Shown: piece after piece, positions 14,590 through 27,805 of the stretch | How the letters are laid out: each line of letters starts with the position of its first letter | Position numbering within the stretch: the first letter of the stretch is position 1 | DNA from: Podarcis bocagei | Lineage: Eukaryota | NCBI GenBank assembly: GCA_964188305.1 | Contig: OZ076888.1 | DNA: 64,000 bases | Direction: 5' to 3' (one strand) | The notes under the pieces: model-generated | Told to the model about the DNA's origin: nothing | What the model saw: only the letters and a program-made list of their open reading frames with translations | The model's database searches: none | Position numbers and translations under genes: made by a program

Positions 14590-15400
14590 AAAAAAGAGGT
14601 GCAGGAAACTTCTGGCAACCAAAATGATTAGGAGACTGAGGCAACTCTTCAGAGATTACAATGGTCAGGACTTTTTAACGTAGAAAAAAGGGAGTAAAAG
14701 GTGAGGGGACATGATAGAAGTTTATGAAGTTATCTGTGGTGTGTAAAAACTGGACAGAAACAAGTTTGCCTCCCTCACAATACTAGAAGCCATTGGCATC
14801 ATCAACTGAAGCTGAAAGATGAGAGAGTGAGGACAAACAAAAGGGAAGTGCTACTTAACATAGTTAAACTGTGGAATTTGCTGTCCCACAAGATGTGATG
14901 GGGATGGATCAACTTTGTTGTTTAGTCGTTTAGTCATGTCTGACTCTTCGTGACCCCATGGACCAGAGCACGCCGGGCACTCCTGTTTCCACTGCCTCCC
15001 GCAGTTTGGTCAAACTCATGCTGGTAGCTTTGAGAACACCATCCAACCATCTCGTCCTCTGTTGTCCCCTTCTCCTTGTGTCCTCCATCTTTCCCAACAT
15101 CAGGGTCTTTTCCAGGGAGTCTTCTCTTCTCATGAGGTGGCCAAAGTATTGGAGCCTCAGCTTCACGATCTGTCCTTCCAGTGAGCACTCAGGGCTGATT
15201 TCCTTAAGAATGGATAGGTTTGCTCTTCTTGCAGTCCATGGGACTCTCAAGAGTCTCCTCCAGCACCATAATTCAAAGGCATCAAATGGTCCAACTTAGT
15301 TCGCTTTAAAAGAGGTTTAGACTAGTTAATGAAGGATAAGGCTATCAATGAAGCAAATGGCCATCACGACACCTCCAATATCACAGGCAGAATGCCTCTC
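14590..15400 (+). mobile_element. Decayed CR1 LINE 3' fragment, interrupted by a Bov-B insertion (boundaries approximate)
   Basis: CR1-type segments ggcaaccaaaatgatt, gacatgatagaagtttat, aaactgtggaattt, then ctttaaaagaggtttagac resuming after the Bov-B piece. Confidence 0.65.
14916..15285 (-). mobile_element. Bov-B (RTE clade LINE) 5'-truncated 3' end
   Basis: Minus-strand ORF 14930-15250 (LRLQYFGHLMRREDSLEKTLMLGKME...RW) is the RTE/Bov-B RT C-terminus; (CAA)-type tail; imperfect TSD ATGGATCAACTT (14904-14915) / ATGGTCCAACTT (15286-15297). Confidence 0.9.
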
Positions 15401-15896
15401 AACAGCGGGAGAAAGCTATTGCCCTCATGCAGTGTTCTTGAGCTTGGCGACTGTGGTAAACCAGATTATGCAGACTCAGGAGATCTCTTCTTATGTTCTT
15501 ACCCATCTGCTGTCCTTCTAGAGTCAGCAGGATTTCCTTAAGTAGCCAGGTATTTGGCATCAAGGACCAATTATTATCCACTTGATCCTACTGGGTTCTA
15601 GAAGCTGTTCAAAACAGCTGCGGTTAAGACCTGTTATCCATTCACTCAGCATGATGTACACTCCTCTTCGGGGTAGCTAATGTGAGAAAAAGGTACAGTG
15701 GCTTTGTGAAATCCAGTCCCAACTGTTTATCAGAGGGCCAAAAGGTTATGAACAAGTGTACATTTTTGTAGGTTCATTCCATCGTGTAATTCTAATGTTG
15801 AATAGAAATATTAACACATGCTGAAACATGCTAAATAGCTCACTGCTTAAGTGTTCACATGCTTGCCAGATACTGTGGACTTTGTACTGATAGTTA

Positions 15897-16040
15897 GTGG
15901 ATAGCTCAGTTGGTTAGATCATGGTGCTGATAACACCAAGGTTGCAGGTTCAATTTCCATATGGATATAACTGCATTGCAGGGGGTTGAACTAGATGATC
16001 TTCAGGCTCCCTTCCAACTCTGCAGTTCTATGATTCTATG
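15897..16040 (+). mobile_element. tRNA-Ile-derived SINE with CR1-like tail (Squam3-like)
   Basis: Head tagctcagttggttagatcatggtgctgataacaccaaggttgcaggttc resembles tRNA-Ile with A/B boxes; ends cccttccaactc...ttctatgattctatg. Confidence 0.8.
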
Positions 16041-17759
16041 TATTGGTTAATGGCTTTGGCTACTGGTTGCTCTGAGGGGGTTTCTGCCTTGGCTTCTAAA
16101 CTTCATGCCCCCCCCCCCACTATTTGCCCATCTTATACTTACACTGATATGCTTGTTTTTCAATTTAAGGAGTAATTTGCTGTCAGATACTGTGCTATAT
16201 ACTTTGCTTAAAGGCACAGAAGATAAGATCAACTCTGTTTCCTTTGTCCAATATAAAGTTTGGTCTCTATTTTTGCATTCTTGCTGACTTGCATCTCATT
16301 GCTCTTCTAATAAGCTTGGGAAGCAGCCTAAATCATAGATACTTCCTGTAATTGGAAGCATTCTAAGCTTACAATTAATGGAACTTGTTCTGTGTAGCTA
16401 GACCCACTTTCAAATAAATCCAGAATAATGTACAAACTAGGAATACTCAACTGAAAGGAGCTGAAAGTTCAAATGACGTAGAAATTATTCCCAGTAAGCT
16501 TAATTTAACTAAGCCAATAATACACCTTAAACTTCTTTTGAGCTCAAATTACTTTAATGAAGGTGTTAATTACTGAGGGATTAACACTACTTCCAAGTGA
16601 TAATGGATGGAGTCCATCAATAGTGGGTTAGAATAATATGGTTTTAGGGAACACAAGAATCTACCAAAGGATTACTTGCCAGGAATGGATGCTATTTCAA
16701 AGTAGAGGCAGGTCATAAGTGATGTGTGTTTTTCCCCTTAATCGCAGCAGGCTTGAATGAGGGAAAGAAATTATCTCTCCATTGTGAGGGCAAAATATTT
16801 CTCTTTTTGGCACAGTTCAACAAAAGCAAAAATAACTGAATTTATCAATTCCTATAGCTTTAGCTGACAGGATGCCAAAGGCGACTCATTCATTAAGTCA
16901 ATATTGGAAAGATATGGGGAAATTAAAATAATCAACTACCTGTATATGGAAGTGTTATTTACATATTTTGAGAATGTACTGCGTAGGGAAGACAGCAGGT
17001 ACAGAGTTCTAGAGTGAAAAGTAGCAATTAAATCTTACAATTTAACCATTTAAAATATATAGCCATTAAGACTGCATGTAAAATGTCAACATTTGTTCAC
17101 TGAATGTATTAATGGAACACAGCCGGTCACAGCTGTGCACCTGAGTGTTCCGTTTGGTTTCTAAAGGTGGAAGCAAAGAGATTCCACGGACCTCTTGCAT
17201 GGTATCTGCAGAGATCCACCCTATCAATATTTGCTGATGACTCTTCTCCAGACAAAGTTCCTATAGTGACAGTGGTTACCAAGTAACTGAACTGCAATTG
17301 TGAGCTGCACAGGAGAAATCCAACCCAACCCAATCATGATAAGATGGAAATCATGTTGGCTGGCAAGCCCTGTTACCTCAGGAGATTGCAGTTCCCCTCA
17401 TACTGGGTCACCTTTCCCTGTCACTCAGGTTCATTGCCTTGGAAGCTTTTGGATCTTAACACTTCACCCGCCTTCTGGAGAGGCTTTCTGTATCTGCCTT
17501 AGATTGTAGGGAGACTACAGTGTGTCAAAACATCTGGTTTCAGTGCTTTGGTATATCAGTCAGCACAAGATGCCTCAGAGGAATTGCCAGGACTTACTAA
17601 ATACCAGATGTGCTGAATCCCTGTTCTTTCTCAAACCACTCGTACTGGGCTTAATGGCCACTGAATTCAATCTAGTGCCAGCTGGCTACTCATGCTATCA
17701 AGTTTTAGTGTTCCTAATTCGAGGTTTGCTATTAGCGGTGCTGGAAAATAACAGTCTCT

Positions 17760-18130
17760 ACTGTCTGCTTATGCTGCTCTACTTACTAAAGTTACTGGAG
17801 TCTCAAGTGACTTCTGTGTGGTTGGGTGTGCTTACGACCAGTTTAGGCTGGTTCACCAGCTATGGCTGTTCATGGACCAGGATAGCGTGTCCCCAGTTGT
17901 CCACATTTTGGTGACCTCCTGTCTGGAGCGCCATAATGTGCTCTGTGTGGGGCAGCTCTTGAAGGCAGCCCAGAGACAGCAGCTAGTTGCAGAACTGTAC
18001 TGTACTGTACTGTAACCTAAAGGGCTCTGGGCCCAAGTTCTTTATAAAGCAGTCTCAACCATCTTGGGCCTTACAATGAGCAAGGAAGGCACTGTTGGTG
18101 GTGTCATCCCTAAGTGCTGCCCATTTGGCA
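17760..18130 (+). mobile_element. Decayed L2 LINE ORF2 fragment (boundaries approximate)
   Basis: ORF 17818-18015 (YDQFRLVHQLWLFMDQDSVSPVVHILVTSCLERHNVLCVG...QLV) resembles the L2 post-RT motif VHALVTSRLDYCN. Confidence 0.65.
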
Positions 18131-21100
18131 TTGGCCTATATCTGTCCTCCTCATTATTAATGTTTAGAAACAACTTACAAACATTCCTGCAATCAAATAG
18201 GTTTGGTCAGAGTGTTAAAAATTTGATACATTGTAGGAACTGCTTCAATAAAACATTGTAGTCTCAAAAGTTGCTTTTTTATTATTACTTTATTTCTTTT
18301 TATTTATATACTGTGTATATGCCCAAATGTCTTCTAAGTGGTTTACAACTATATAATAAAATTGTAATGCTGTTGTCACATTGCAATTCACATGACCACC
18401 AATAGGCCACAGCAACTCCAGTGTGAGGACCAAACATCAGACATTCATGTTGTGAAAGAACCCATTTCTTTCATTAAGTTTTTTACAGGCAAAGTTTTTG
18501 TTGAGTTGTTGGCTGTGTGTGTGTGTGTGTGTGAAACTTTTACAGTGTAAAGCCTATAATGTCTACCTGGAAGTAAGCCCTGTTGAATTCAGTGGGATTT
18601 AGTCCCTGTCAAGTGTCCATACTATTGCAGGCACAATATGCCAAATGAGCATTTGAAGCTTAAACCTGATGTTTTGGGGGCTGGAATCCTATATCTACTT
18701 TTACCTGGGAGTAAATATTGTTGAACTCAATAGGACGTCCTTCTAAGTCAACATGTATAGGATTGCACTGTCTGTGGTTTTCCCAGCAATTTGCTTAAAC
18801 CCCAGTTTGTTACTTTCCCCATTTATTTGTCAAACATAACAGCAAAGGGATATAAATCGTATTAATTAACACAAAATTAAATAAAGATGTGACTTTGCAG
18901 CAACATTTCCCCTCCCCAACAGTTGTGGATTATTGCAACTCTTCTGATGAGTGGGGAGTGAAATATGTTTGGAATTTGTCTATGCACTGTTTTAAACATT
19001 GTGTTGTAAGTTCTGGAAAATGGTGACCTAAAACACTACTAATCCAACCAACTTTTACCTCTAAAATTGTTTTGTTGCTTTGTGCAAAAGGACTCTGTGT
19101 ACAGGCTAACGGGCTACACAGAAACAACTTGTCCAGACCCCTTGCCCTTTGAAAACTGTCTGCCAGACGGCTCCTTTTCAAGCTGTAAACTCAAAAAGAC
19201 AGTTCTTTTGCCACCGGTCCAGCTTATTCTTTAATGATGAGAAAGGAGGCACTACAATTAAACAATGTTTCTTTGTGTTTGTATTCAGGGTTGCTATAGC
19301 ATAAGTGGTGCCTGCCTTACTCGATTTTATCAACCTTGCGACTTTCTATGACCTTTCTTTAGAAAAAAATTATAATGCTTGACTTCTAAAACAGGATTAG
19401 CAAAAGTTGTAGCATCAAAATATTTTCTGGGTAGTCTAGCAGAGCAACCGCCTTGTTTGCACAATTCCTACCTAACATCCTGCATTCTCCCCCACCCCCA
19501 CCCCTTGCATACGGTCCTCAGTTCATTTGAAGTCCTAAGGAATTAGCAGTATATAATATAACAAGACCAGGCATCTCTCAGAATTTACCCCAAGGTCTAG
19601 ATTTAAAGAAAGCACTCTGCCCTTGGGGGGAATTTAGGTTGTTAAGGATTAGTATGAACCCAAATAACTTTTGACTTTTTCAGAGCAGAACAATTCCCTG
19701 TGGTTCAGCTGTCATAACCCCTGAGTTTATGTATTTATATACACTTACAAATGTGTGAGAGATTATATCCCCATTATAGTGACAGCTAATATCTTCACTT
19801 AAGGATGTCAATTTGAAACAGATGTACATATCTTAAAAGGAAAGTAAGGGCAATCTATTGTTAATGTTCAGACTTTATCCTTAATTGCAGTATCTAAATA
19901 GATTTTACTATTGAATTATTATTATTTTTTAAAAATGCATTCCTGCTAATGTGATTGTCCTGTTCTCATATTTATAGCTAATGTACCTCACAGTGTTTAG
20001 TCGATTAGTTTAAGACTCTATTGACACTTAAGATGAAACTACAAAGTCTGATGAAATAAATCTTTGAAAATACATCCCTCCTGATACATTTGACATATCC
20101 CACCCCAATTAACATTGTTTTAGTTGTGCTTTATGCATAGGAACAATTTGTCCTTGTTATAAATTACATATTGTCAGGGAGAATATCTGGATTTTAGTAA
20201 GACTGATGTATCTGAACGTACATAAAGAAACAATGAAGAAACTGGACAGAACACACATACCCCCTTTCTCCCTGTTTCTAAAACATTATCTTCATCATTC
20301 CATAGACTTGTTCCTTTGGAGAGGGAGGGACTCGTTCCTTTTACTCATTTACATTTCTTGCCTGCCCTTCCTTCTAAGGCATGAATGAGGAACCTTTAGC
20401 CCTCCAGATGTTGCTGAACATCCACCAGCCGCAGTAAGTACAGCCATTGGCCAGGGATGATGGGAGTTTGAGTTCAGCAACATATGGAGGACCAGAAGCT
20501 CCCCACACCTGTCATAAGGCAGTCAGGTTAACAGATGTGTTTTTGCGTGGGCAGGCTACCTCAGATTTTCCTCAAGGAGAATGTGAAAATGTACCAGTGG
20601 GGAATATGACTTGGGGAGGTATCCCAAGGGCCAGATAGAGAGGTTTGGAGAGCCAAATCCCCTGGACCTGAGGTTCTGCTCCAGCAGCCATTTCCTCTGA
20701 AATCTGCAGTGACCCAGAGTTTCCAGTGCAGAACAGCAGCTGGAACATCTGAAATCTTATGAATCCCTTTGCCCCTCTCTAGTAACCCTTGTCTGTTTTT
20801 GTTGTCAGATGCCTCAAGAACCTTGGTTAGTAAATGGTATATAAATATTCTGAAACATTTAGCAATCTAAACCTACAGGGCTCAACAGGTAGTTGAAAGA
20901 CTCTTTTAGTTGAGTGCTGCTGATTTCTTTGTTCATTTATTACAGTTTTGAATGGGTTTGTGTTGTGCCATGTTTGAGACAGCGGTAATCCCATATTCAG
21001 TTCTCTGTCAAATTCTGTATGTAATGGCTCTGAAATGTTTTCTGATTAAAGCAAGGATGCTAGTCATATTCGTTGTTGGCCAAAAAATATATAAAATTGT

Positions 21101-21796
21101 CTTGCATATAAAGACATAAAGTCTCATAGCGAACATAGTTCACAATTGCATATGTTTAGCAGGGGTTACTTTAGGAGGAAACGTTGGCCAGCCTTTTAGG
21201 TTTTTAATTAAGAAGGTCACAATCAATTATAGCTGAATTTCAAAGAATTTAGCAATTAGCTGTAATCTGCAGTTCCCAGCGGGAGGCTTTCATACTATTA
21301 AAAAGAGATTGTTTCCATCTCTGATCAAAGCCAAAATAAAACTAACAAGATTATAACATATTTTGTGTGTCTTATGCAGAACACTATACCGCTGTGTTAG
21401 TGATCGGGGTTTTCTTTTATTTTTTAATGCTATCTTTTGGTTTGATTTATTTTTTAACATTTTATGTGTAGGGGCCAGTACTTCATGAATGGTGACAACT
21501 TATCTGTTCCGTTAAGCAAGTGGAGCAATTTGGCCTTTTCCTTTTTCCTTTTTTCTTAAAGAGTATGTGAATAGCTTTGAATATTTTAAAGTAAATAATA
21601 AAAATGCAGTCTACGGTAACCTAAAGTTTTTGACATAAGTATTCATGTCATCGAAGTTAAAGTAAGCTGAATTGATGGGTTCTTTCAACAATCTAGGGTA
21701 TGTGCCGAGTTTTGTACTTTTTTAAAAAAAGGTCTAATTTGCACTTTCCAATGAATTTAAACTTTCTAGATTTGTACCTACTTAAAAGAATGTTTG

Positions 21797-21810
21797 TGAC
21801 CTTTTGACCC
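21797..21810 (-). promoter_or_regulatory. Perfect DR2 nuclear-receptor element (candidate RARE)
   Basis: + strand TGACCT TT TGACCC = GGGTCA AA AGGTCA on the minus strand, matching RGKTCA-N2-RGKTCA. Function is inferred only. Confidence 0.4.
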
Positions 21811-24800
21811 TTTTGTTATCCCTAATTCAGAAAGGCCTTTATTCTGTAAAAGCTTAGGTATTAAAAAAGAAAGAAAGAAAGAAGAGCGAAAAAGAGGGGG
21901 GGGGAGACGTTAATGGCATAACAGTCCTTTCTGGTCATCCTGTGTAAGATGTTTATGCAAAATGTCAATAGAAGCAATTGGCCTAACAGTGTGACAACTT
22001 ACTTTGCTTGGAAATGGGCTAATCTCCTGTTTGGGTTATCCAGAGGTCAGGTAGGGATTTCTTTCCTCGCTCCCCATAGTGCAGGGCTATACACTTTTAC
22101 AAGCTTTGTTGGGCTGAGGCCCAAATCTTCCCTACCCTGATGAGTCCCGGTTATCTGCCAAGGAAAACAGCATGCTTAACCCTGAGCACTGCAAGTAAAG
22201 CCCCATTTATTTTAATGGAGCTTGCTTCCAAATAAAAGTGTGCCTTGGATCTCAACTTCGGTGTGCGTTTAGTTACCCCTGAACGTGCACCTCCCTTTTG
22301 CATGCAAAGGATGGATTCACCCCACAACCAATGGGCAATTTTTATCCTCCTTTATTATGTTAAGCGGCTGAAAACCATGTCCCACTAACAAACACAGAGG
22401 GGAATGGGTGTGCATAGTTGTACAAGCACCTGAGTTTAGGATTGGAGTGCCAAACATACATGTTTTCTGCCCCTTGAAAATGGTTCTGCTTTAACATATG
22501 CTTCCTTTGCTTCTAGAGGGGGACTAGCTGATATTATCATCCATTCTTTCAAAGAATTCATTAGAGGCCTAGTCCTGTCCCTTCCTGAAGTTCATGTGGA
22601 AATCCCGCCCCCCCCCATCAAACATTGTCGTCCTTCAGAGCTTGCCACCACTGCCCTGTCACAGCAGGCTGGAACTCAATAAGTGCTCAGGCAAGCATGG
22701 AGGGCCATGAAATAGGCCTTGGCAGGTTGCATGCTGTGAACTCCTGGCTCAGTGAATCAGCTTCTGTGTGTTTTTATAACAGCCTTTCCCCCCCTCTGTT
22801 AATTACGCCCGGAGGCTGTGGAAAGGCAGCATTTACCTGTTGAAACAGACTAAGCAGCAAGTGTTCTGACATGTTTATCAGGCAAATTGTATCTGACAAA
22901 TGGTAATTACACATGCAATCAGGTCTAGAAGTATCTGATTGATTACAGGTTAATAATAAAACTGTTAAGCATTGGGTACAATTTTTTGGTTGGAGGAAAG
23001 TTGTGTAAATCTGAATAACTAGTACTCACGGGTATAAATATTTTGGGATGTGGACTTTAACTTATAACCTTTTTAAACAACAACAACAACAAATATTCAA
23101 CTTACAACTTCTGTTGGACAACTTCTTTGTGGACATTTCAGTCCATTTCTGTTAATTAAAATTAATCTGCAAATGAGCTTCTAGCTGTATATAGAACCTT
23201 ATCTTCTTTAATTATTTTGGAGTTTGATCATGAATGAATCCAGCACATATGGCATTTCCATTGTTGCTTTTCTTTCCCAGCTAACTGTCTTGAAGGAGCT
23301 GTACTCCTCAAAGGACTATCTACAAAGAATACTGTATGGCTTTTATGTGTGGGACTTGAATATACCTGAAAGAGCAAGCTAGTGGGACCTCACTATATGT
23401 GGAGTAGCTTACACACGACTGTGTTCCTATTATAATGCACCACAGTGAGTTTCTCATTTATACATTAAAAAATTGACATTCAGTACAAGGTCACTTATGT
23501 CTGAAGAATAGCTGAAATGTTGGCCAAAATCACTTAAGGACAATGAGAGTTAACAAATAATCTGGATCAAAATTCAGCCTTGTTACCTACAGTTTTCAAA
23601 CTGAACCTAAAGGAATCTAGTGACAGGAAAGAAAATCCTAAACCCCAAAGGTTATTCAAAGCAAGCAACAAATGTCCTTTTTATCTTGCAGCTAAACCGC
23701 TGAGTGGTGTATTTGAAGATGTGAATTAGGTTCAAATAGTGGGGCACATAACTTGGGGTCAGCTATAGGAATTCCTCACACAAATGTCTTCCCACATATT
23801 CTTTTGTTCTTTTGATACTAGTCAGGCTGCAGGGTTCAGCCTTAGCTCTTTGAGGGTTCAAATAGCAGGGAGTTAACTCATTACTGGGCAGCCGATACAA
23901 CAAATGGATTTCCAAGCACCTATATGTTAGAAAGGAACAGAACTTTTAAAAATATAGCTAATTCAAAGACTTCTCTTGGATCTAGCACTTACCCCCATGC
24001 CTTGCACGAATATGCCTTTTTAATTTATGGGATCAGGTTTACCAGATTGTCTCTTGACCATCCAGTAGCTGAGATAACTATTCTTATAATATAGACAGAC
24101 TAGCAGAACGTCAGTCCCAAGCATATTACAGGGAAACAATTGCCACTGATTTTAACCAATGCATTGGGAACGAATCATTATTAGAAAATATTACTTTAAA
24201 ATGCAGTTGTGTTCAAATCCTATGTATAAAAGCCATGTACAATTCTTTGTATATGTTCTCTCACAGAGAGTATTTTATTGTATTTTTATTTATTGTTATA
24301 AATTAACAGGCACACCAGGACCTTTGCAGTGAATAATACTTCCAGTACTAAGCATAATGCAATGAAGACAACAAAATGTTTGTTAAAATTTTAACGGTAT
24401 TAAAATCAGAAACTTTAGAGGAACTTTTATAAAGGAAAAATGATTTTGATCAGATCTAGGGCAAACAAGTTATAAGGAGAGATGTATAGATCCATGAAAA
24501 TAATAAGTCTTTTAATAGAGGTTTAATGTACTTAGACTTTTGTTAAAAACATTTATTACGCTATTTTTTATACATTTTTTTATTTAGTTTATATTGGACC
24601 ATTGTATTGTAGCACTCAAGGGAACTTGCATTAATCTCTGAAAAACAACAACTCCAATTACAAATGTGGAAAATTATATTAGGAGCAGATTGAAACAAAT
24701 CCACCAACTTAAAAACATAAAAACCATGACAATGACAATGACCATTTAAAACAATTAATCAATATTAAATTTACATCTGAATACTGTATATATGTTTTAC

Positions 24801-25614
24801 TTGAGTGACACACCTGGGTGGCTCCAGTTAGCCACTGAGAAAATAATACATTGCATTAAAAGCACAATCTTATAATTGAGGTCCAGTAGCTGAAGGACTT
24901 GACCTGCAGGTACCTGCTGTGCTGGCCAGTGGTGCATCTCCATCTTGTGGAACAGTTGCTGGCATAGTGCTCTGTTGGCAGAGCTGGAATAGCTCTGCCA
25001 GCAAACTTACACTGGCAGCATAGTTAAAGACTGGTACAGTCAAATGGTGGAGTCGCTGCTTGCGGGAAGCGAGAAGCTTGCGGGAAGTGAGAGTGGGAGG
25101 CGCAAGGCAACAAGGAAGGTGGCGCTGTGCGAGCACCCTGGTGGAGCCAACATCGTGTTCCTGCTGGTATGTTTGCACAGTGCTGACCTCCCTGTCCGCA
25201 GAAGGTCAAATAAGAACCACCACCACTCCCCACCCCACCATTCATTACTTTTATATATATATATATTAATAATTATTTTCCAATATACCCCCAATAACAG
25301 CCAAATTATAACAATAACAATTAATTCCTAAATTATATAATTATCAAAATGCCAATCAACTTCCAATTTTAGTTAAAGTGGCTCCTGCATGATGGTTTGG
25401 GTGCATTTCCGATCTTATATCACTGCGTTCCATGTCAATTACATTTCAGTTATAACAATAATCCCTTAGTCAACAGCTACATATTTAATGATTTCCATTT
25501 CTCATGTTACAATATGTAAATCTATAGCTTCAAGTGAGGAACTCAAACTATTATCTTCATTCTGCCCTGTGTGTGAGAACTGTTATGTTCATGGAGATTC
25601 TTTCTGTCCATATA

Positions 25615-25840
25615 CAGTGGTAAGAACAGCTTAGTTTATGAACAACTTGGATTAAGAACGCTGCAAACCCGGAAGTAGGTGTTTTGGTTTGCAAACTTTG
25701 CCTTGGAATAAGAACATGTTTCACTTCCTGTTGAGTGTGTTCCATTTGTAAATTGAGTCCCCTGCTGCTATGGGAAAGCACGCCTTGGTTTAAGAACGGA
25801 CTTCCAGTACGGTTTAAGTTTGTAAACCAAGGTACCACTG
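25615..25840. mobile_element. Tc1/mariner MITE, related subfamily with truncated left TIR
   Basis: TA|CAGTGGTA... and ...AGGTACCACTG|TA; shares ggttaagaac-type subterminal motifs with the 10145 element. Confidence 0.75.
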
Positions 25841-27669
25841 TATGGTGTCTCTTTCACTTCCTAGTTGTTGTTTTCTCCAATCGTGACTTCGAGAGGAACT
25901 GAATCTTGAAGTTTTTCAGAGGTCTTGTCTCTCCAACCCTTGCTTCAATGTCTCAGAACAGGCGACTGTCTGCTATAAACCATTCTGTCTCACCAGTAAA
26001 ACATGTCACAGATCTTCATCATTTCCCCCTTAGCCTAGGAAAAGGTGGGCAGTTTTCGAACGCACTTTAATACTCCTTTCCAACTCCCAGAATCTCTGCA
26101 GCATTCTTATCACAGCCCCCAAATTCTTTTCCTTCAGCTAGAGATTTATGGCCCAATTAAACATTATTTTGGATTGCTTTCCATCAGTAGCACAAACAAA
26201 TCTCAGTCTCTTTTTCCTTGTCTTTTGTTTTGAATCAGAGGTGAGGGGAATTATGCTGTCTTTCCAACAGTCATACTTGAGCTTCCCCTCCTTTCTTCAT
26301 TTCAGATCACAAACAGTTTTCCCACAGTTCATATCAATATTACTCCAATGTCCCTTCCTCACTTGTAAATATCTTTTTGTTTTGTATTCCGGAGAGGCTT
26401 GCTGAATCATAAATATATAAAAGAAACTTGGAATAAACAAACCGTGGGCTTCCCTCCTCCCAACTGACTCTCACATTGAATAAAATCTTATCTCGATTCA
26501 AACCTTTGATCCATGTAGCCAGCACTTTTTTTCTGGGGGGATGCATACCCCTAAACATTTTGTGAATCTAAGTTTGCCCTCATTGAGGGGAAGTATTTCA
26601 ATATGAGTAGGAAAATGAGAGTACCCCTAAACATTTTTTTAGAATGTATGTAGCTGATATGTTCCATAATGTGCTGCTGCAACCATTTTCCATCATGCAC
26701 TGGTACTTTAAAGTCCTTTAAAGAGCCAATTAACCAGAGAACCTCTGTTCCTTAATGGCGGCATAGGAGGCTTTTCGCCAGGCAAAGTGCTTTTGCACTC
26801 GGCACCTCCCTGCCTCCCACATTTCATGCCGGAGCAAGAGCCAGGTACCGAGACAAACTGTGAGTGAGGCCCATTCCCCCCAGTCCCTGGGGGGAATTTG
26901 CAAGGGTGATTTACCCTCTGTCGTCCTTGCTTTCTGTTCACCAACAATTCCCCCCACTGTCATGGGAGCTACCTCCATTAAGGCAGGTGGGACCGGAAGC
27001 CCCAACCATCTGCTACTAGTACAATCATGGGTGGTGCGTGGAAGGAGCTCCCTCTCCCACTGCATATGATCCTCCTCCATTCCATAGCCATGCTTCTGTT
27101 GATAGTTCAACTATACCCCAGACCTGTTGCAAGAAATTTCCCTCCCATGATACGGTCAAAAGGGATTATTTACAGATGGCGTATCTTTTTCCATAGGAGG
27201 AGGCGGGAGCTTGAGTTATTGCTCTTTTTCCATTTGACATTTATATCGATAGTATAGTAGTCAATTTAGAAGGGCTTCATTTCCTACCTGTTTTCTCTTA
27301 GGCTACTTTGAATTTATGCCGACAATATGATTGTAGTGTCCCACTCGCCAACGGGCATCAGATGCCTGCTTGGAAGTCTTGGGCACTTCCTTGTGTAGGT
27401 GAGCAACTTGTCATAAATTATTATTATTGAAAGTTCAGTCTGTTTACCTATGCCAAGCTTATGGTGAGGAGGAACAGAATACAGGAGAGGTTAGGATGGT
27501 AGCTGTAAAATGTTGGAAGCTAATCCCTCTCCCTCTGCTCAGCATTGAACAGTTCTGCATTTAAGGCGAGAGGGTGGTGAAAATGTCAAACCATTGGAAA
27601 GTAAGAGAATGAGTCCTCTCTCTTCCAAGTATTATACCAGCCTTTTTAGTGAGAGGAGAGGAACTGGAC

Positions 27670-27805
27670 AGGAAATATCCCTGACATCTCCAGGAGGTAG
27701 AGCTGGAAGAGACAGTCTCCTTGTCTGAGGGCTGCTGCCAGTCAGTGTGAGCGTAATTGAGCCAGATGGACCAATGGACTGACTTGGTATATAAGGCAGG
27801 TTCTT
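27670..27805 (+). mobile_element. Squamate tRNA-SINE (Squam2-like) 3' portion
   Basis: gctgccagtcagtgtga...gagccagatggaccaatggactgacttggtatataaggcagg; similar copies near 44545-44695 (+) and 1625-1710 (-). Confidence 0.65.

Noticed and set aside
22045-22180. CTGATGAGTCC hammerhead-like core preceded by an inverted repeat (ggtaggga / tccctacc) and GTC
   Set aside because: Stem II does not close with C-GAAA, stem III cannot pair and stem I is out of register by one base; treated as a chance or decayed hairpin.
25250-27400. Possible decayed minus-strand L1-like element
   Set aside because: Composition is suggestive, but I could not read a diagnostic protein motif or boundaries.
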